Shown one piece after another: positions 31,542 to 45,689 of a DNA stretch of 64,000 bases. Numbering within the stretch: position 1 is the stretch's first letter; every line of letters starts with the position of its first letter. A program made the position numbers and the translations under genes. The notes beneath the pieces are model-generated. The model had not been told where the DNA came from, ran no database searches, and worked only from the letters and a program-made list of their open reading frames with translations. Origin of the DNA: Eledone cirrhosa (lineage: Eukaryota). The DNA lies in assembly GCA_964016885.1 (NCBI GenBank), contig OZ024748.1, positions 50,654,001 to 50,718,000 of the forward strand, read 5' to 3'.

Positions 31542-31745
31542 AACATACATATATATGTGTGTGTATACATATATACATGTATATTTATACACCCCATATA
31601 TATATATATATATATAGATATATATATATATTTGTATATGCATATGCATATGCGCATGTGTACGCATGTATGTGTTTGTGTCTGTGTGTGTGTATGATTG
31701 TGTATGTAAGTTGGTATAACATATTCGTATTTATATACACACACA

Positions 31746-31806
<61 letters not shown>

Positions 31807-32149
31807 ACACATATATATATATATATGCGTTGCTGTTTCTGTATAACTGTCGACACCATCCCTCCATCCAGACTCCAGCCAGAACCTTACAGTCCATCAC
31901 CATCACCAACATAATTATCATTATCTCCTTACTCATCAATACCACATTCAATCACAACATCTATTAGACACATCGTTCCCAATCAACCAGCCTCCTCACA
32001 AACGTGTCTAATACTAACTCCATTTTAAACTAACTTCGCTACAATTCTACAACCCACAGCTTCAATTACAGCACTGTTTCCCTGACTATACCACAGTAAC
32101 ATTACACATTGGCTTCACAATAATTAGTAATCACAACCACACGTCATTC

Positions 32150-32416
32150 CCTATCATCATCAGCATCGTCGTTGTCGTTGTCAGTATCATCTTTGTCATC
32201 ATAGTTATCCAGCATCTTCATCGTCGTCTTCATTATAATCTTCATCATCAATGATAATCGTGGTAATCATCGTTATCATTTTCATCATCATCATCATCAT
32301 CATCGTTATCATCATCTATATCATCATCATCATCAACACCATCACCACCACCACCACAATCAACATCGCCATCCTGGTCATCAACATCAGCAAGATATAT
32401 CGTCAACACCTTCACC

Positions 32417-32476
<60 letters not shown>

Positions 32477-33125
32477 TTCTTCTTCTTCTTCTTCTTCTTC
32501 TTCTTCTTCTTCTTCTTCTTCTTCTTCTTCTTCTTCTTCTTCTTCTTCTTCTTCTTCTTCTTCTTCTTCTTCTTCTTCTTCATCATCAACATCATCATCA
32601 ACACCTTCACCACGGCCACAACCAACATCGCCAATCTGGTCATCACTATCATCATCATTATCTTCATTATCATCACCACCATCACCATCATCATCACCAT
32701 CATCTTTGTCATCATCATCATCTTTGTCATCATCATCACTTCCACCACTTCCCCCACCCCCTTCATCATCATCATCATCACTATCATCATTATCATCACC
32801 ACCACCTTCATTATCATCATCACCATCACCTTGATCTTCATTATTATTATCATTATTATTATCATCATTACCTTCGTCACAATCATCATCGCCATCATCA
32901 TTGTCATCAACATCACTTCCACCACCATCATCATCATCAACATCACCATCATCATCACCACCATCATCATCAACATCATCATATTCAATACCATCATTAT
33001 CAACATCACCATCATCTTCATCATCACCACCATCATCACCATCATCATCATCATCATCATTACAATAATCATCAACATCACCATCATCTTAATTATTATT
33101 ATCATCATCATCATCACCATTCACT
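32150..33125. repeat. (CAT)n/(CTT)n compound microsatellite
   Basis: Seen directly. Confidence 0.95.
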
Positions 33126-34017
33126 TACCAATTCAAATACACGCATCCCCAACTATATCCCAGTTAACAATCAGTACATCATTGGTAGATGTAGGAAACT
33201 GGAGGATATCGAGGCTGAGACATAGAGTGAGAGAGGAGAGAGAGGGAAAGAGAGAGGGAAAGAGAGAGGGTGAGATAGAAAGACAGGTTCCATCCACAAT
33301 GAAATGGTTAGTGTTTTTCATGCTGAGGTCAACGCAAATTACAAAGGTCTTTACCCAAAATTATTCCAGCAAAGCTACGAAACTTCTTCATCTTATGTCA
33401 GTGTAATGTGAGGAAGTGACATTTGGCTATTATTTCTACGATGTCGAGAAACCATATTAGGTAAATGACTGAAAAATGTAGTGTAGAATTGGTGTCTCTT
33501 AAACTAAACTAAAGCAATATGGTCACATATGGAACGTGGTTTATCATAGCTGTGGTGGATCAATAACAGCATGGCTAGCTCTTCGATGAACCAAGGATCA
33601 TTGATCCAGCTAGGAAGGCGAAATATTAGATAATATAAAACTTAGGACACTTAGAAGCAGTTTAAAAGAAACTTTCTTTCAATTTCGAGTCATACATAAA
33701 ACAAATTTACCTTCCTTGAAAATGAAATATTTCATATTTCTTCCTTTATCCAATCAAATCTACCGTTCTTCGTGATGTTGGCATAGTGATGTTCGTTGAT
33801 AATGTTAGCGTTGTTGTTATAGTTAGGGTAGTTTTACTTGCAACTACTGGTGTTATGGCTAATACTCTCTATATAGTTATCGTTATAGTTATCCTTCGTT
33901 TTACTTTTCACTTCACCATTTATATTTTATTTTTCGGACAACTAGATAGACGTGAATCTATAAATACAGAATACAGAATGTATACAGACACTCACATATA
34001 TATATATAAACACCCAA

Positions 34018-34070
<53 letters not shown>

Positions 34071-34101
34071 CGTGTGTGTGTGTGTGTGTGTGGGTGGATT
34101 C

Positions 34102-34135
<34 letters not shown>

Positions 34136-34657
34136 GTGTGTGTGTATGTATATTCATATCTATCTATCTAACTCCCCCCCTCTCTCTTTCTCTCTCTCTC
34201 TATATATATATAATATATATATATATATATACATCATATTAGTTTTACATAAATATATTTATAGCAAAAGCTCATATATATACAGCCAAAGATATATAAA
34301 TGCGTGTAGGTGTAACTATGCATGGCAAAACCGGTGCATATATAAAAAGTGGATTATATGTATACTCACACCCATACCGCCGAACACACACATATTTATT
34401 CGTATATATCAGGTACCTAACAGTCAGTATGAGTCTGTGTCTGTATGTGTGTGCGTGTGTTTATCAGGGTTTGTGTTTGTATATACACATTTAAGTAGGT
34501 ACGAGGCTTAGCCAATCTGAATAATTATCATAGTCGATATTATGTGAATGAGTCCCATGTGTGTGTATATTTGTACACACACACACACTCATAATAGATA
34601 TACACACATCTCCACGATCTCATACATATATATCTATATATGTTTGAATATATGAAG

Positions 34658-34729
<72 letters not shown>

Positions 34730-34733
<4 letters not shown>

Positions 34734-34915
34734 CAAAGAGGGTTTGGTAAGATATCGGGTGGTCCAGAACGTACCAGATTACTCGATACTTGGGGTAGTA
34801 CAGTGGGTAATATGAAAAGATTCAGGACCAACGGCTGAGCTCCGGCCGTTTCGACAGCCAGATCCTACAGCTGTCGAAACGGCCGGAGCTTAGCCGTGGG
34901 GGTCCTGGATCTTTT

Positions 34916-34918
<3 letters not shown>
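34730..34918 (-). mobile_element. Palindromic HHR-derived family D, copy 1
   Basis: Inverted repeat 34813-34917 centred on TTTC-GACAGC..GCTGTC-GAAA. The unique tail 34730-34812 is homologous to the tails at 41148-41227 and 58680-58760. Inserted in (TA)n. Confidence 0.75.
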
Positions 34919-34974
<56 letters not shown>

Positions 34975-34982
34975 ATAAATAT

Positions 34983-35787
<805 letters not shown>

Positions 35788-35794
35788 TTATCTT

Positions 35795-35945
35795 TCACTT
35801 CTGAAGATCTGAAGATCCCTTTAAGGGTGAAAGCAGCTATTCTTTGCTTAAGCTTTAATCTGTTATTTTAATAAATATTTGCTCTGTGGTTCTTATATAT
35901 TTGATATATATTTATCCTTAGTCTTCACATTTATTATTATTACTA
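35795..35945 (+). mobile_element. HHR-like family E copy
   Basis: CTGAAGA (35809-15), TCCCTTTAAGGGT, GAAA (35829-32), GCAGCTATTCTTTGC-TT, then the family tail TTTAATCTGTTATTTTAATAAATATTTGCTCT. The 5' strand of stem I is disrupted. Follows (TA)n. Confidence 0.65.
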
Positions 35946-35960
35946 TGTATATATTTATAA

Positions 35961-36142
35961 GGGCGGTGAATTGGCAGTATCGGTAGAGAGTTGGACGCCA
36001 TGCTTTGACGCATAGAGTTACTGCCCTTGCCATTCTGAGTTCAAATCCCGCCGAGGTTAACTTTGCCTTTCATCCTTACGGGGTCGATAAAATAAAGTAC
36101 CAGTAATGTACTGGGTAATTGCTGGCCTTGTGCTAAAAGTAG
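35961..36142 (+). mobile_element. Full-length SINE
   Basis: Consensus head, B box and body. Confidence 0.9.
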
Positions 36143-36981
36143 ATGTATATATTTATATATATATACGAATACTCAACCGAATCGATAGATAGATAGATAA
36201 ATAGACATATAGAAAGGTATGTGTATATAAAGTTTCTCTTGTCAGGGAAGACGAATTCATTTTCCAGTATCCATGATTCTCTGTCTATATACTCTGTGAA
36301 TATTAGGAAGTTATGTTTGGCTTGAAATTGTAAATTCATTAAGTTAATATTTTAATGGGTTTAACTAGTTGCGTTCGGCTTGGAATTGTAAATTCCTTAA
36401 ATTATTATTTTAATGGGTTTACAAATTACTTGAATTTCGTAGGTCAACTTTCAAAGTTGACCATGAAAGTGTTTTGTATTTGAAAGTAATTCTTAAGGAG
36501 AATAACAAAAAGCGAATGTTTAACAAGATCGGATCAGAACTATCTCTGTCGTGTCGATATACGAACATTTCAAGTGTGGCATTTATTACAGATAATTTCG
36601 TGTCTCACTGGGGTTTCACTGACACTATTAATGTGTGTATCAAATTTTGAACATATTATATATTCTGAATCATATGATAATCGTTGAAAATTTACATATC
36701 TATATCTAGAAACGTGCGTTTACTTCTAATACGTATCTATTCACACAGTTACACATTGAGATAAAACAGATTGATATATGTGCATATAAATTCAAATAGA
36801 GATATACATAGAGCAACAGATTCACAGATACGTTGATAGATAGATAGATAGATAGATAATAGACATACATGCACTTCATATCACACGTTTTAGACCTATG
36901 TAACAATAAGACAAATTATATTATATTAGAACAGTGACAAGGTCTAAGTGAAAAGTGGAATGTAAATTGAAGACACGTATG

Positions 36982-37117
<136 letters not shown>

Positions 37118-37155
37118 CGTGTGCGTGTGCGCGTGTGTACCCGAAGTATACGGTA

Positions 37156-37187
<32 letters not shown>

Positions 37188-37235
37188 CACCACCACAGAG
37201 GTAAGAGCATGTGTATACTAATTGATACATTTTTA

Positions 37236-37269
<34 letters not shown>

Positions 37270-37382
37270 TTCGTTTTTGAATTTGTTTTGCAAGATTTCT
37301 TATCTGAAAACGTGTGTTGAAACAGATTTTGTTATACTTTGGGAGGGTCATGCTGCCAATAAAAACACACGCACTTGTTGTT

Positions 37383-38132
37383 TTCAATTCAATTTATTAT
37401 AAATTTCCGGTTAGCTGATTGTTTCGATAACCGGATGGATGTTGATATATTGCCAAAGCTCTTTCGTCACACATTGTGACCCCCTCAGTCACTAGGTTTT
37501 GATTTTGTGTCCCTCCTTTGTTCTGTCCTACAACATCCTGTTTTTCTTTTGTCGATATTGCAATATTTGCTCCTTATTCTAGATGTGAAACACGGGACCT
37601 TTGGCACCACAAAGTGGCGTCCTGTTCGGGAGTTGGTCCAGCTCTCAATGCCAAAGTTTATTGCTAGTCCCTCTAGGATTTTCCATATGTATATCATTGC
37701 GTACCTCTCCAAGGAGTAGAGTTTCATTTCTTTTAGCCTCTCCCAATTAGCTCATCTCTTTCATTGTGGCAATCCTCTTCGTGTAGCTTCGTTGGATTGC
37801 CTCAAACTCCGTGGTTAGTTTGATACTATAGGGTGACCACAGCTTGGAGCAGTAGTCCAGGCGGCTTAGGACAAAAGTCCTGTATAGTATCAACATGGCC
37901 TCTAGGTCTCTTGTCCAGAAAATCCTCAAGATCCAGCCATCGCGTCGTCTGCACATTGTCGCCACCCTCATGGTGTGTGAAGAAAAAGTTGCATCGTAGT
38001 TCATGTCTATCCCCCATGTCTCGTATGGACCCGGATAGTTTGATCCCTCCTGGTCCGGTGTTGTTCTGATGTACTGTCTTTGTGTTAGCAGGCTGGTACT
38101 CTAGGTCTTGAACTGTTCCAGCATTAAACTGT
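37383..38132 (-). pseudogene. CR1/L2-group LINE ORF2 3' fragment (disrupted)
   Basis: LYRTFVLSRLDYCSKLWSPY...EAIQRSYTKRI...*WERLKEMKLYSLER...IYIWKILEG is the post-RT region typical of CR1/L2-group LINEs. It contains stops and frameshifts and ends in a short (AATTG)n tail. Confidence 0.85.
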
Positions 38133-38139
38133 CTCGTGC

Positions 38140-38372
38140 CATGAGGCTCATTTGTTCGGTGCTTATCCCGGTTTCATGGCATGAAGTGACTGAGTGTACC
38201 AGACACCCCCCTTGATAGGACGCAAGTGCTTCACAGGGTTAATCACCCAGCTATTGCTGGTACTCATTATCGGATGAGTATACTGGAAATGAGCAACGTG
38301 AAATGAAATGTTTACTCAAGAACACAACACTCAACCAAGGAATCAAACCCACGAATATTAAGATCGTAGCCA
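38140..38372 (-). mobile_element. Second SINE family (tRNA-derived, diverged)
   Basis: GCTGGTACTCATT..ACTGGA..GAGCAACGTGAAATGAAATGTTTACTCAAGAACACAAC..GGAATCAAACCCAC. The last motif is the reverse complement of a B-box-like sequence. Resembles mollusc SINE central domains from memory. Confidence 0.55.
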
Positions 38373-38561
38373 CCACACAGACACACACACACACTCACAC
38401 ACACACACATATATATAGTATTAATTAAGTCTAAACACCTAAAGATGCATGTGTGACTATGTATGTTCTTTCTTGAACATGGCGGACCTTGTTGTCTCTT
38501 GAGGTCACTGGTTGTGACTTGGTGATAACTCGTATGAACATAAAGTAAGATAAACGCAGCT

Positions 38562-38597
<36 letters not shown>

Positions 38598-38602
<5 letters not shown>

Positions 38603-38782
38603 TGTTTCTAATTTTGGCACAAGGCCAGCAATATACCAGTGCATTACTGGTATTTTATCTTATCGACCCCGTAGGGATGAAAGGCAAAGTTAACCTCGGC
38701 AGGATTTGAACTCAGAATGGCAAGGGCCGTAACTATACGTCAAAGCATGGCGTCTGAACCTCTACCGATACTGCAAATCCCG
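38598..38782 (-). mobile_element. SINE with an expanded (ATT)n tail
   Basis: Consensus reverse complement between (AAT)n runs. Confidence 0.9.
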
Positions 38783-38814
38783 ATAATAATAATAATAATG
38801 ATAATAATACTAAT

Positions 38815-38890
38815 AATAATAAATGTGATGACTCAAATCCAAAGAGGGCTCGATGAGGATAAATATATATCAAATATATAAGAACTCTAA
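38815..38890 (-). mobile_element. Family E tail fragment
   Basis: AATCCAAAGAGGGCTCGATGAGGATAAATATATATCAAATATATAAGAAC matches 41268-41319. Confidence 0.7.
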
Positions 38891-38916
38891 TAAATAAATA
38901 AATATATATATATATA

Positions 38917-39406
<490 letters not shown>

Positions 39407-39420
39407 TTAATTTATATATA

Positions 39421-39663
39421 TAATACAAGGACGATTTTTAAGCCTTCATTATGTTTATTGATTGGTGACGCGCGTTTCGCTATTGATCAGCTCAAGCTTC
39501 GATCTGTATCGATCTGGCTTGACTCTGGAATCAAAGGCTCGTCGGACTTCTGTTGTAAAGTCGGGCCAGATAGATTCAGATCAAACCCTGAGCTGATCAA
39601 TAGCGAAACGCGCGTCACCAATCAATAAACGTAATGAAGGCTTAAGAAATCGTCCTTGTATTA
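39421..39663. mobile_element. Palindromic insert (arms ~104 bp) carrying an HHR 3' half (GAAACGCGCGTC) on both strands
   Basis: Arms 39421-39524 and 39559-39663; the outer ~74 bp are nearly perfect and the inner part more diverged. GAAA-CGCGCG-TC at 39605-16 is mirrored in the left arm. Confidence 0.75.
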
Positions 39664-39746
39664 TTATATTACACCTCGCCCCTGACGTGAACCTAAACAT
39701 CGAGTGGTCACCTGGATGGACCTACACTCCCTGTATATATATATAC

Positions 39747-39817
<71 letters not shown>

Positions 39818-40043
39818 TCTCTCTCTCTCTCTCTCTCTCCCTCCCTCTCTATCTCTTTCTCTCTCTCTCTCTCTAAATATATATATATATAGTCATATAC
39901 TAGTATTTATATAACTGTAATCTGAGTTTTTCGAATATTAATAATAACATTCGATTCGGCTGCAATTATGCAAATAAGCCTCATTTTTAAAGCCATGTCT
40001 GTAGAATGAACCCTTCATTCTTGCTCTTGTGTTGGCATGTGAA

Positions 40044-40099
40044 CAGAACTGCAGACACTAATGTTTCTGGGGATCACTCTTCATCAGTACAGCTCACTG
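40044..40099 (-). ncRNA. Type I hammerhead ribozyme motif with weak stem II
   Basis: The minus strand reads CAGTGAGCTGTA-CTGATGA-AGAGTGATCCCCA-GAA-ACA TTAG TGT-C-TGCAGTTCTG. The core, 3-bp stem III, GTC site and bulged stem I are canonical. Stem II pairs poorly. Confidence 0.65.
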
Positions 40100-40257
40100 T
40101 TCACCTGCCAACTGTCAGATCTAGTGAAAATATATGCTTTAGTGTCTGCAGTTCTGTTTACATGCCAACACAAGAGCAAGAATGAAGTGTTCATTCTACT
40201 GACATGGCTTTAAAAATGAGGCTTGTTTGCATAATTGCAGAAACGAATCGAATGTTA

Positions 40258-40395
40258 TTTACGTCCCTTTACGGTCTGAGTTCATATCCCGTCGAGGTTA
40301 ACTTTGCCTTTCATCCTTACGGGGTCGATAAAATAAAGTACCAGTAATGCAATGGGTAATTTGCTGGCCTTGTGCCTAAAGTAGAAACAATTATT
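40258..40395 (+). mobile_element. 5'-truncated SINE in the right arm of the inverted duplication
   Basis: Consensus body. The left arm lacks it, and a short TTATT duplication borders it. Confidence 0.9.
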
Positions 40396-40443
40396 AATAT
40401 TCGAAAAACTCAGATTACATTTATATAAATACTAGTATATGAC

Positions 40444-40486
<43 letters not shown>

Positions 40487-40490
40487 TAAG

Positions 40491-40524
<34 letters not shown>

Positions 40525-40549
40525 GGAGAGAGAAAGAGAGAGAGAGAGA

Positions 40550-40620
<71 letters not shown>

Positions 40621-40880
40621 TACGAGAGAGAGAGAGAGAATAAGAGAGAGAGAGAGAGAGATACATATGTATATATATACAGGGAGTGTAGGTCTCTAAT
40701 TTCTCTTGACCGAGTTTAGATCAGCAAAATGATCTCTCCACCTCGTGAATATTCACCTCTCTAAAGAGAGGAGAGTTCCAACGTATTCATCATAGGAGGT
40801 GTGGAGCAGTACCTCTTATTACGAAGTCCGTGGATGGTCTTCCAGAACACATTATTCGATGATCTGAAGTCGGATACCAG

Positions 40881-40916
<36 letters not shown>

Positions 40917-40977
40917 TAGAGAGAGAGAGAAAGAGAAAGATTTACTTATATACTAGTATATATATACGTATATATAT

Positions 40978-41227
40978 ATAGGAACGAGTAGGAGCCCGAG
41001 GGCTGAGCTCAAGCCGTTTCGACGGCTAATTCTGGACTAAATGAACATTTTTATCTATAAAAATGTATGTATAAAAATGTTCATTTAGTCCAGAATTAGC
41101 CGTCGAAACGGCTTGAGCTCAGCCGTCGGGGTCCTACTCGTTCCTATTACCCACTCTACTACCCTAAGTATTGAGTACTTTGGTGCGTTATGGTCCACCT
41201 GGTTCCTTACCACATTTCCTTCGTTAT
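40978..41227 (+). mobile_element. Palindromic HHR-derived family D, copy 2
   Basis: Inverted repeat 40978-41147. GAAACGGCTTGAGCTCAGCCGTC|GGGGTCC reads as GAAA, stem III, GTC. Shared tail TATTACCCACTCTACTACCCTAAGTA. Inserted in (TA)n. Confidence 0.8.
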
Positions 41228-41245
41228 ATATATATATATATAGTA

Positions 41246-41455
41246 TTAATAATAAATTTGAAGACTAAAATCCAAAGAGGGCTCGATAAGGATAAATATA
41301 TATCAAATATATAAGAACGTAGAGCAAATATTTATTAAAATAACAGATTAATGTTTAAGCAAAAAATCGGTGTTTTCACCCTTAACGGGATCTTCTGAAG
41401 ATCTCGTTAAGGGTGAAAGCAGCGATTCTTTGCTTACACTTTAATCTGTTATTTT

Positions 41456-41460
<5 letters not shown>
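41246..41460 (-). mobile_element. HHR-like family E, palindromic copy
   Basis: Inverted repeat 41335-41457 centred on T41396 within GATCTTC-T-GAAGATC. Each arm reads C(T/A)GAAGA-TC(C/T)CGTTAAGGGT-GAAA...TGCTTA. The tail 41246-41335 is shared with 35860-35945, 38815-38890 and 1617-1705. Confidence 0.7.
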
Positions 41461-41490
<30 letters not shown>

Positions 41491-41567
41491 GCAGAGTAAG
41501 AGAAAGAGTTACTCATATACTAGTATATATTTATATCTATATCTATCTATCTATCCATCTTTCTCTT

Positions 41568-41599
<32 letters not shown>

Positions 41600-41947
41600 G
41601 AGAGAGAGAGATTACCCATTTTCTTTTTATTTCTCAAATAATGAGTTACACATATATCCTCTCACCTAACCGCTTATACTCTCTCTCCTAGGCATATCAC
41701 AATTCTTATATATGAACCTAACATTTCATGAACTCTTACATGTACCCAATAAAATTTGCTTAAAATTTGCCTAAACGTCGAAAATATCATTTGTATCCTG
41801 CGCTATTTCTTGGGGGAGGCATTGCCCTTGGAAAGGACATACATTCTTATTTAGGTTTATATGATATAAACACACACCTTCTATATAGATAACTATATAC
41901 ATGCTGTGTATATCTGTAAGTGCCTGCGTATATGTGTTGTGTTTGTT

Positions 41948-42008
<61 letters not shown>

Positions 42009-43019
42009 CTGTAATCGACAAATATTGCATATTGAACAAGTTGCTTCAATAAGCTTGATTCTGCTTCATATTAAAAGTTGCAAATATTTTCCTTCATAAA
42101 AAAATGTATCTAACCTCAGAATCACAAAACACATTTCATATTTATGGTATATGACAAAACGTAATGTTTCTTTACTTTTCTCTATCATGTTTGCACTTTC
42201 TATATACATCTTATTTTTTTTTTCTACCATTGTTATTTCGTCCTCATTCGTTGCTAATACATCCAAATATTAGACTAACCAATACAACAGGAATTCTTTC
42301 CAATTTTATTCCAAACTTTCACTTGCTTCAGTGATTTTTTTACACATATTTTCATATTTCGGACACGATGAAAACAAACGTGTATCTGTGAAATCTCTTA
42401 TTGTTTTTACAATATTTCTATGAACACTGTATCTATTGCCCAAGGCTCTCTATCATCGCGGGTCCTTGTTTCCTTTCGCCCTGGTGAATATTTCATATAT
42501 TTTGTAAGGATATTCTTATGACATTGTGGTTTGAGGTGGGGATATGTCAAGTCAAAAGTTTACGGCTTCAGCTGGAGAGACGAAATGAATGGTATTCTAT
42601 ATATATATGTTCCAGCAATGTAACTGCCTCAATATTTTCTATGTGCAATCAAATTCTGAAAATGATAAAAAATCTTTGTTTATTACCGTCAGCATATAGA
42701 GAGGCTTTATAATGGGGTGCAAATATATTGAATGTCGATGAGAATTCATTGAAACACATACACGCACACAAAATACACACACACGCGCACACACACACAC
42801 TCACACACGCATACAGACACACACACATATATATATACATATATATATATTAAATATCACTTTAATAGACGGGATTCATGTATTCGTGTATTGGTTATGG
42901 GAAGAGCATTCTAATGTTGCATAGAATTAATTCTATGACTGTGTGGTTAAGAGGTTTGTTTCGCAACTATGTGCTTACTCGCTCAATCCCTCTGCTTGAC
43001 ATGTTGCCAAGGGACACGT

Positions 43020-44190
43020 TCTGATGGTCAGGCGATCCATCTGCTCTCAACACCCGCTGCGTGGAGAACTGGGAATGCAGTGGTTAATCATGCACAAACA
43101 TACACTGATGCTACGATGAACATGTGTGATCGCCTTTCGTTAGACACATATTTCCCCAGCTCGTCTCCTTAATAGAGTTGCTGTCCTGGGTCAAGCGAAG
43201 ACCGAGAGGCAGCGCTTGGAAAATGGAATGTTTTCAAACGCCCATAGCCCTCTATCAATCAGACAGTACGATCGGTAGAAACTCCAACTTGGCGTTCTAT
43301 AGGAGATTAGTGGCGGATAAAAGCGACGACGTTCGTAAAGAAAATCCTTTAGCGATTCTTTGCAGGAGGAATTTTAGTTCAGACCCCATGGATAATTTCC
43401 AGAATTCCCTGGCCTGGCAATGTTACCGGAGAGCTTTGCTGTTTCGAGATAAACTCTACAAGCATGGAAGTGCAGTCGGCCGGGTCTGCCCTAGATGCGC
43501 GCAAGACTACAAAACCGTCTTACACGCACTCATCCAGTGTTCGAGCATTGCTGATTTACGATTTACTGTCGAAGACCAGTTATCACGTGTAGGAGGAATC
43601 CGGCTATTAGCTGAGTCCATTGTGAAGATCACCCTGTCGCCTTCCTTTAGTCAGGAAGGGCAGGCTGTTTTTATCTGTCACATGCCCATGGCGTATGTGG
43701 TTGTATGGTGAAGACGTCTGAAAGGGTTGAAAAGCAGCACATTCCTCTTTAGCGAAGCCCTGATAAACTTTTTCAAGTTTCACAGCCACAGTTGTCATGA
43801 ATTGACTGACGCCATATCAGTAAATTTTAGTACATGGAAAATGTACAGAAATCCGTCGAACAACAGAGCATCGTTCTTTTATCCTGGGAGATAGATGTAA
43901 ATCTTCCTAGTTGTATTACCAGCCTGTCAAGCCTGGTTGCATTGAACACAGTTCATTCTATTGCAAGCATACTGACCACATCATTGGTCAAAAAATGTCT
44001 TCCTTTTTTTCTTACCACCTGTTCCCCAAACCCCGAAAAATGCAATTTTCTCAGCGCTCCGCTCTCTAACCAAGCTATTTATAAACAGAAAAGGGTGAAT
44101 TCTAACATCGATGGTGGATAAAATCTATTAATCGTTCCCCAAATCATTGTAGTTATCTATATGTATGTTGCCCTGTGGTAAAATACAAAG
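43020..44190 (+). pseudogene. L1/Tx1-clade LINE 3' fragment with zf-RVT zinc finger
   Basis: ORF 43178-43711 contains AWQCYRRAL..RDKL..CPRCAQDYKTVLHALIQC (CxxC-x8-H-x4-C). Outer boundaries are approximate. Confidence 0.75.
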
Positions 44191-44514
44191 AAGTCCCTGA
44201 TGAGATTTGAAATAAGAACTCAGAAAGATCAATAAATATACTGCGAGAAAATTAGCTCAGTGTGTACTGTCATCCATTATAAGCATCTTTTTATCATTAT
44301 TACACTTCTTTACTAAACAATTTAGAAACTGGAGCAATCTCCGTATAAAATGTATCATAAGTTTTATTCATCTGCTTTAAATATTTACTAATATGTTAAA
44401 TTTAATTGGTGTGAAAGTCTCATTTTAAACAATTCGTGATATTTCACAAGAAAATAAAGTAGCTATTAACCAATATTGCTTATCATTTCCGTGCTGTCTT
44501 TTTTTTATTTTCAG

Positions 44515-44671
44515 AAGATTTAGAATCCTGACAGTTAAAAGAGTTCATTTAACTTCAAAGATTAAAAGAGAGTGAAGCAATGATAACTTTAAGCATATTG
44601 GATTACCTACCATTAAGCAAAACGATGGCAGACACATTTTCATCCAGCGCAACAGCCATTTTTACATTGAT
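44515..44671 (+). other. Candidate exon (possible 5'UTR plus first coding segment)
   Basis: Polypyrimidine acceptor TCTTTTTTTTATTTTCAG at 44514 and GTATGT donor at 44672. ATG at 44580 opens MITLSILDYLPLSKTMADTFSSSATAIFTL up to the donor. No recognisable homology. Confidence 0.2.
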
Positions 44672-45689
44672 GTATGTTTATTAATATGTAACATTCATAT
44701 ACTTAAACACACATGTTTAAGAACATTACGAATACTAAAAGCATATTATTTTTTGAATATTTGATCTTAAAAAATAAAATAAAGTAAAACATTTCTTTTA
44801 TGCATTTCAAACTTATAATCTGGAAGAAAATCTAAGCTTACTATCAATGTGTTAACATTAAAAAATATATATATTATAAAAGAGGAAACAATTCTCAATA
44901 GGTAATTTTAGTCTTTTTTTTTTTTTCTGAAGCTGCACATCATTTCGTTCTCTCGTTAATGTTACAAGATGGAAAACAAATTAAACCAGCCCCTCCCACC
45001 ATCACAACCACTACCACCATCAAGAACACCACCACCACCACCATCACCACAACAATCACCGCCACTACTACCACCACCATCACCACCATCATTACCACCA
45101 CAATCACCAACAACCCCACCACCACCACCACCACCATCCACCACCACCAACATCACCAACACCACCACAATCACCAACACCACCACCACCAACACCAACA
45201 CCACCATCAACACCACCACCACGACCACCAACACCATCATCAACACCACCACCAATACAACCACCATCCCCACCACCAACGCAACCACCTCCACCACCAT
45301 ACAACCACCACCAACACCAACACCAACACCACCACCTCTAACCGAAACAAAAAAAAAACCCGGAACATAAAACATAAGTCAAGTAACATTACTACATCTA
45401 TGGACATTTTATGGTTCATTTTCTAACCTTAGTAATTGCTCTCTATTACTGTCTATAAATGTAAATTTATTGGTGAAATTGGTTGAAAATGTGGCACACA
45501 CAATCGTTGTTAATTTTTTTATTTCATTATATTTCAATTTCCCCTTAAATCATGATAAAAGATATGTACTGTTGCCATTTCTCAACGACACATTTCTTTC
45601 AAGTTCTCCCATCACTTGGGTCCTCCCGCTATAAAATTAAAAATAATCATATCAGTGTTGCTCTTTTCTTATTATTATCATTATTGTTA

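Larger units (their letters stand above)
39719..40694. repeat. Large inverted duplication (arms 39719-40061 and 40139-40694) around an HHR, with a SINE in the right arm
   Basis: GACCTACACTCCCTG-(CT)n-GTCATATACTAGTATTT-...-CTGCAGACACTAA is mirrored by TTAGTGTCTGCAG-...-AAATACTAGTATATGAC-(GA)n-CAGGGAGTGTAGGTC. Confidence 0.9.
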
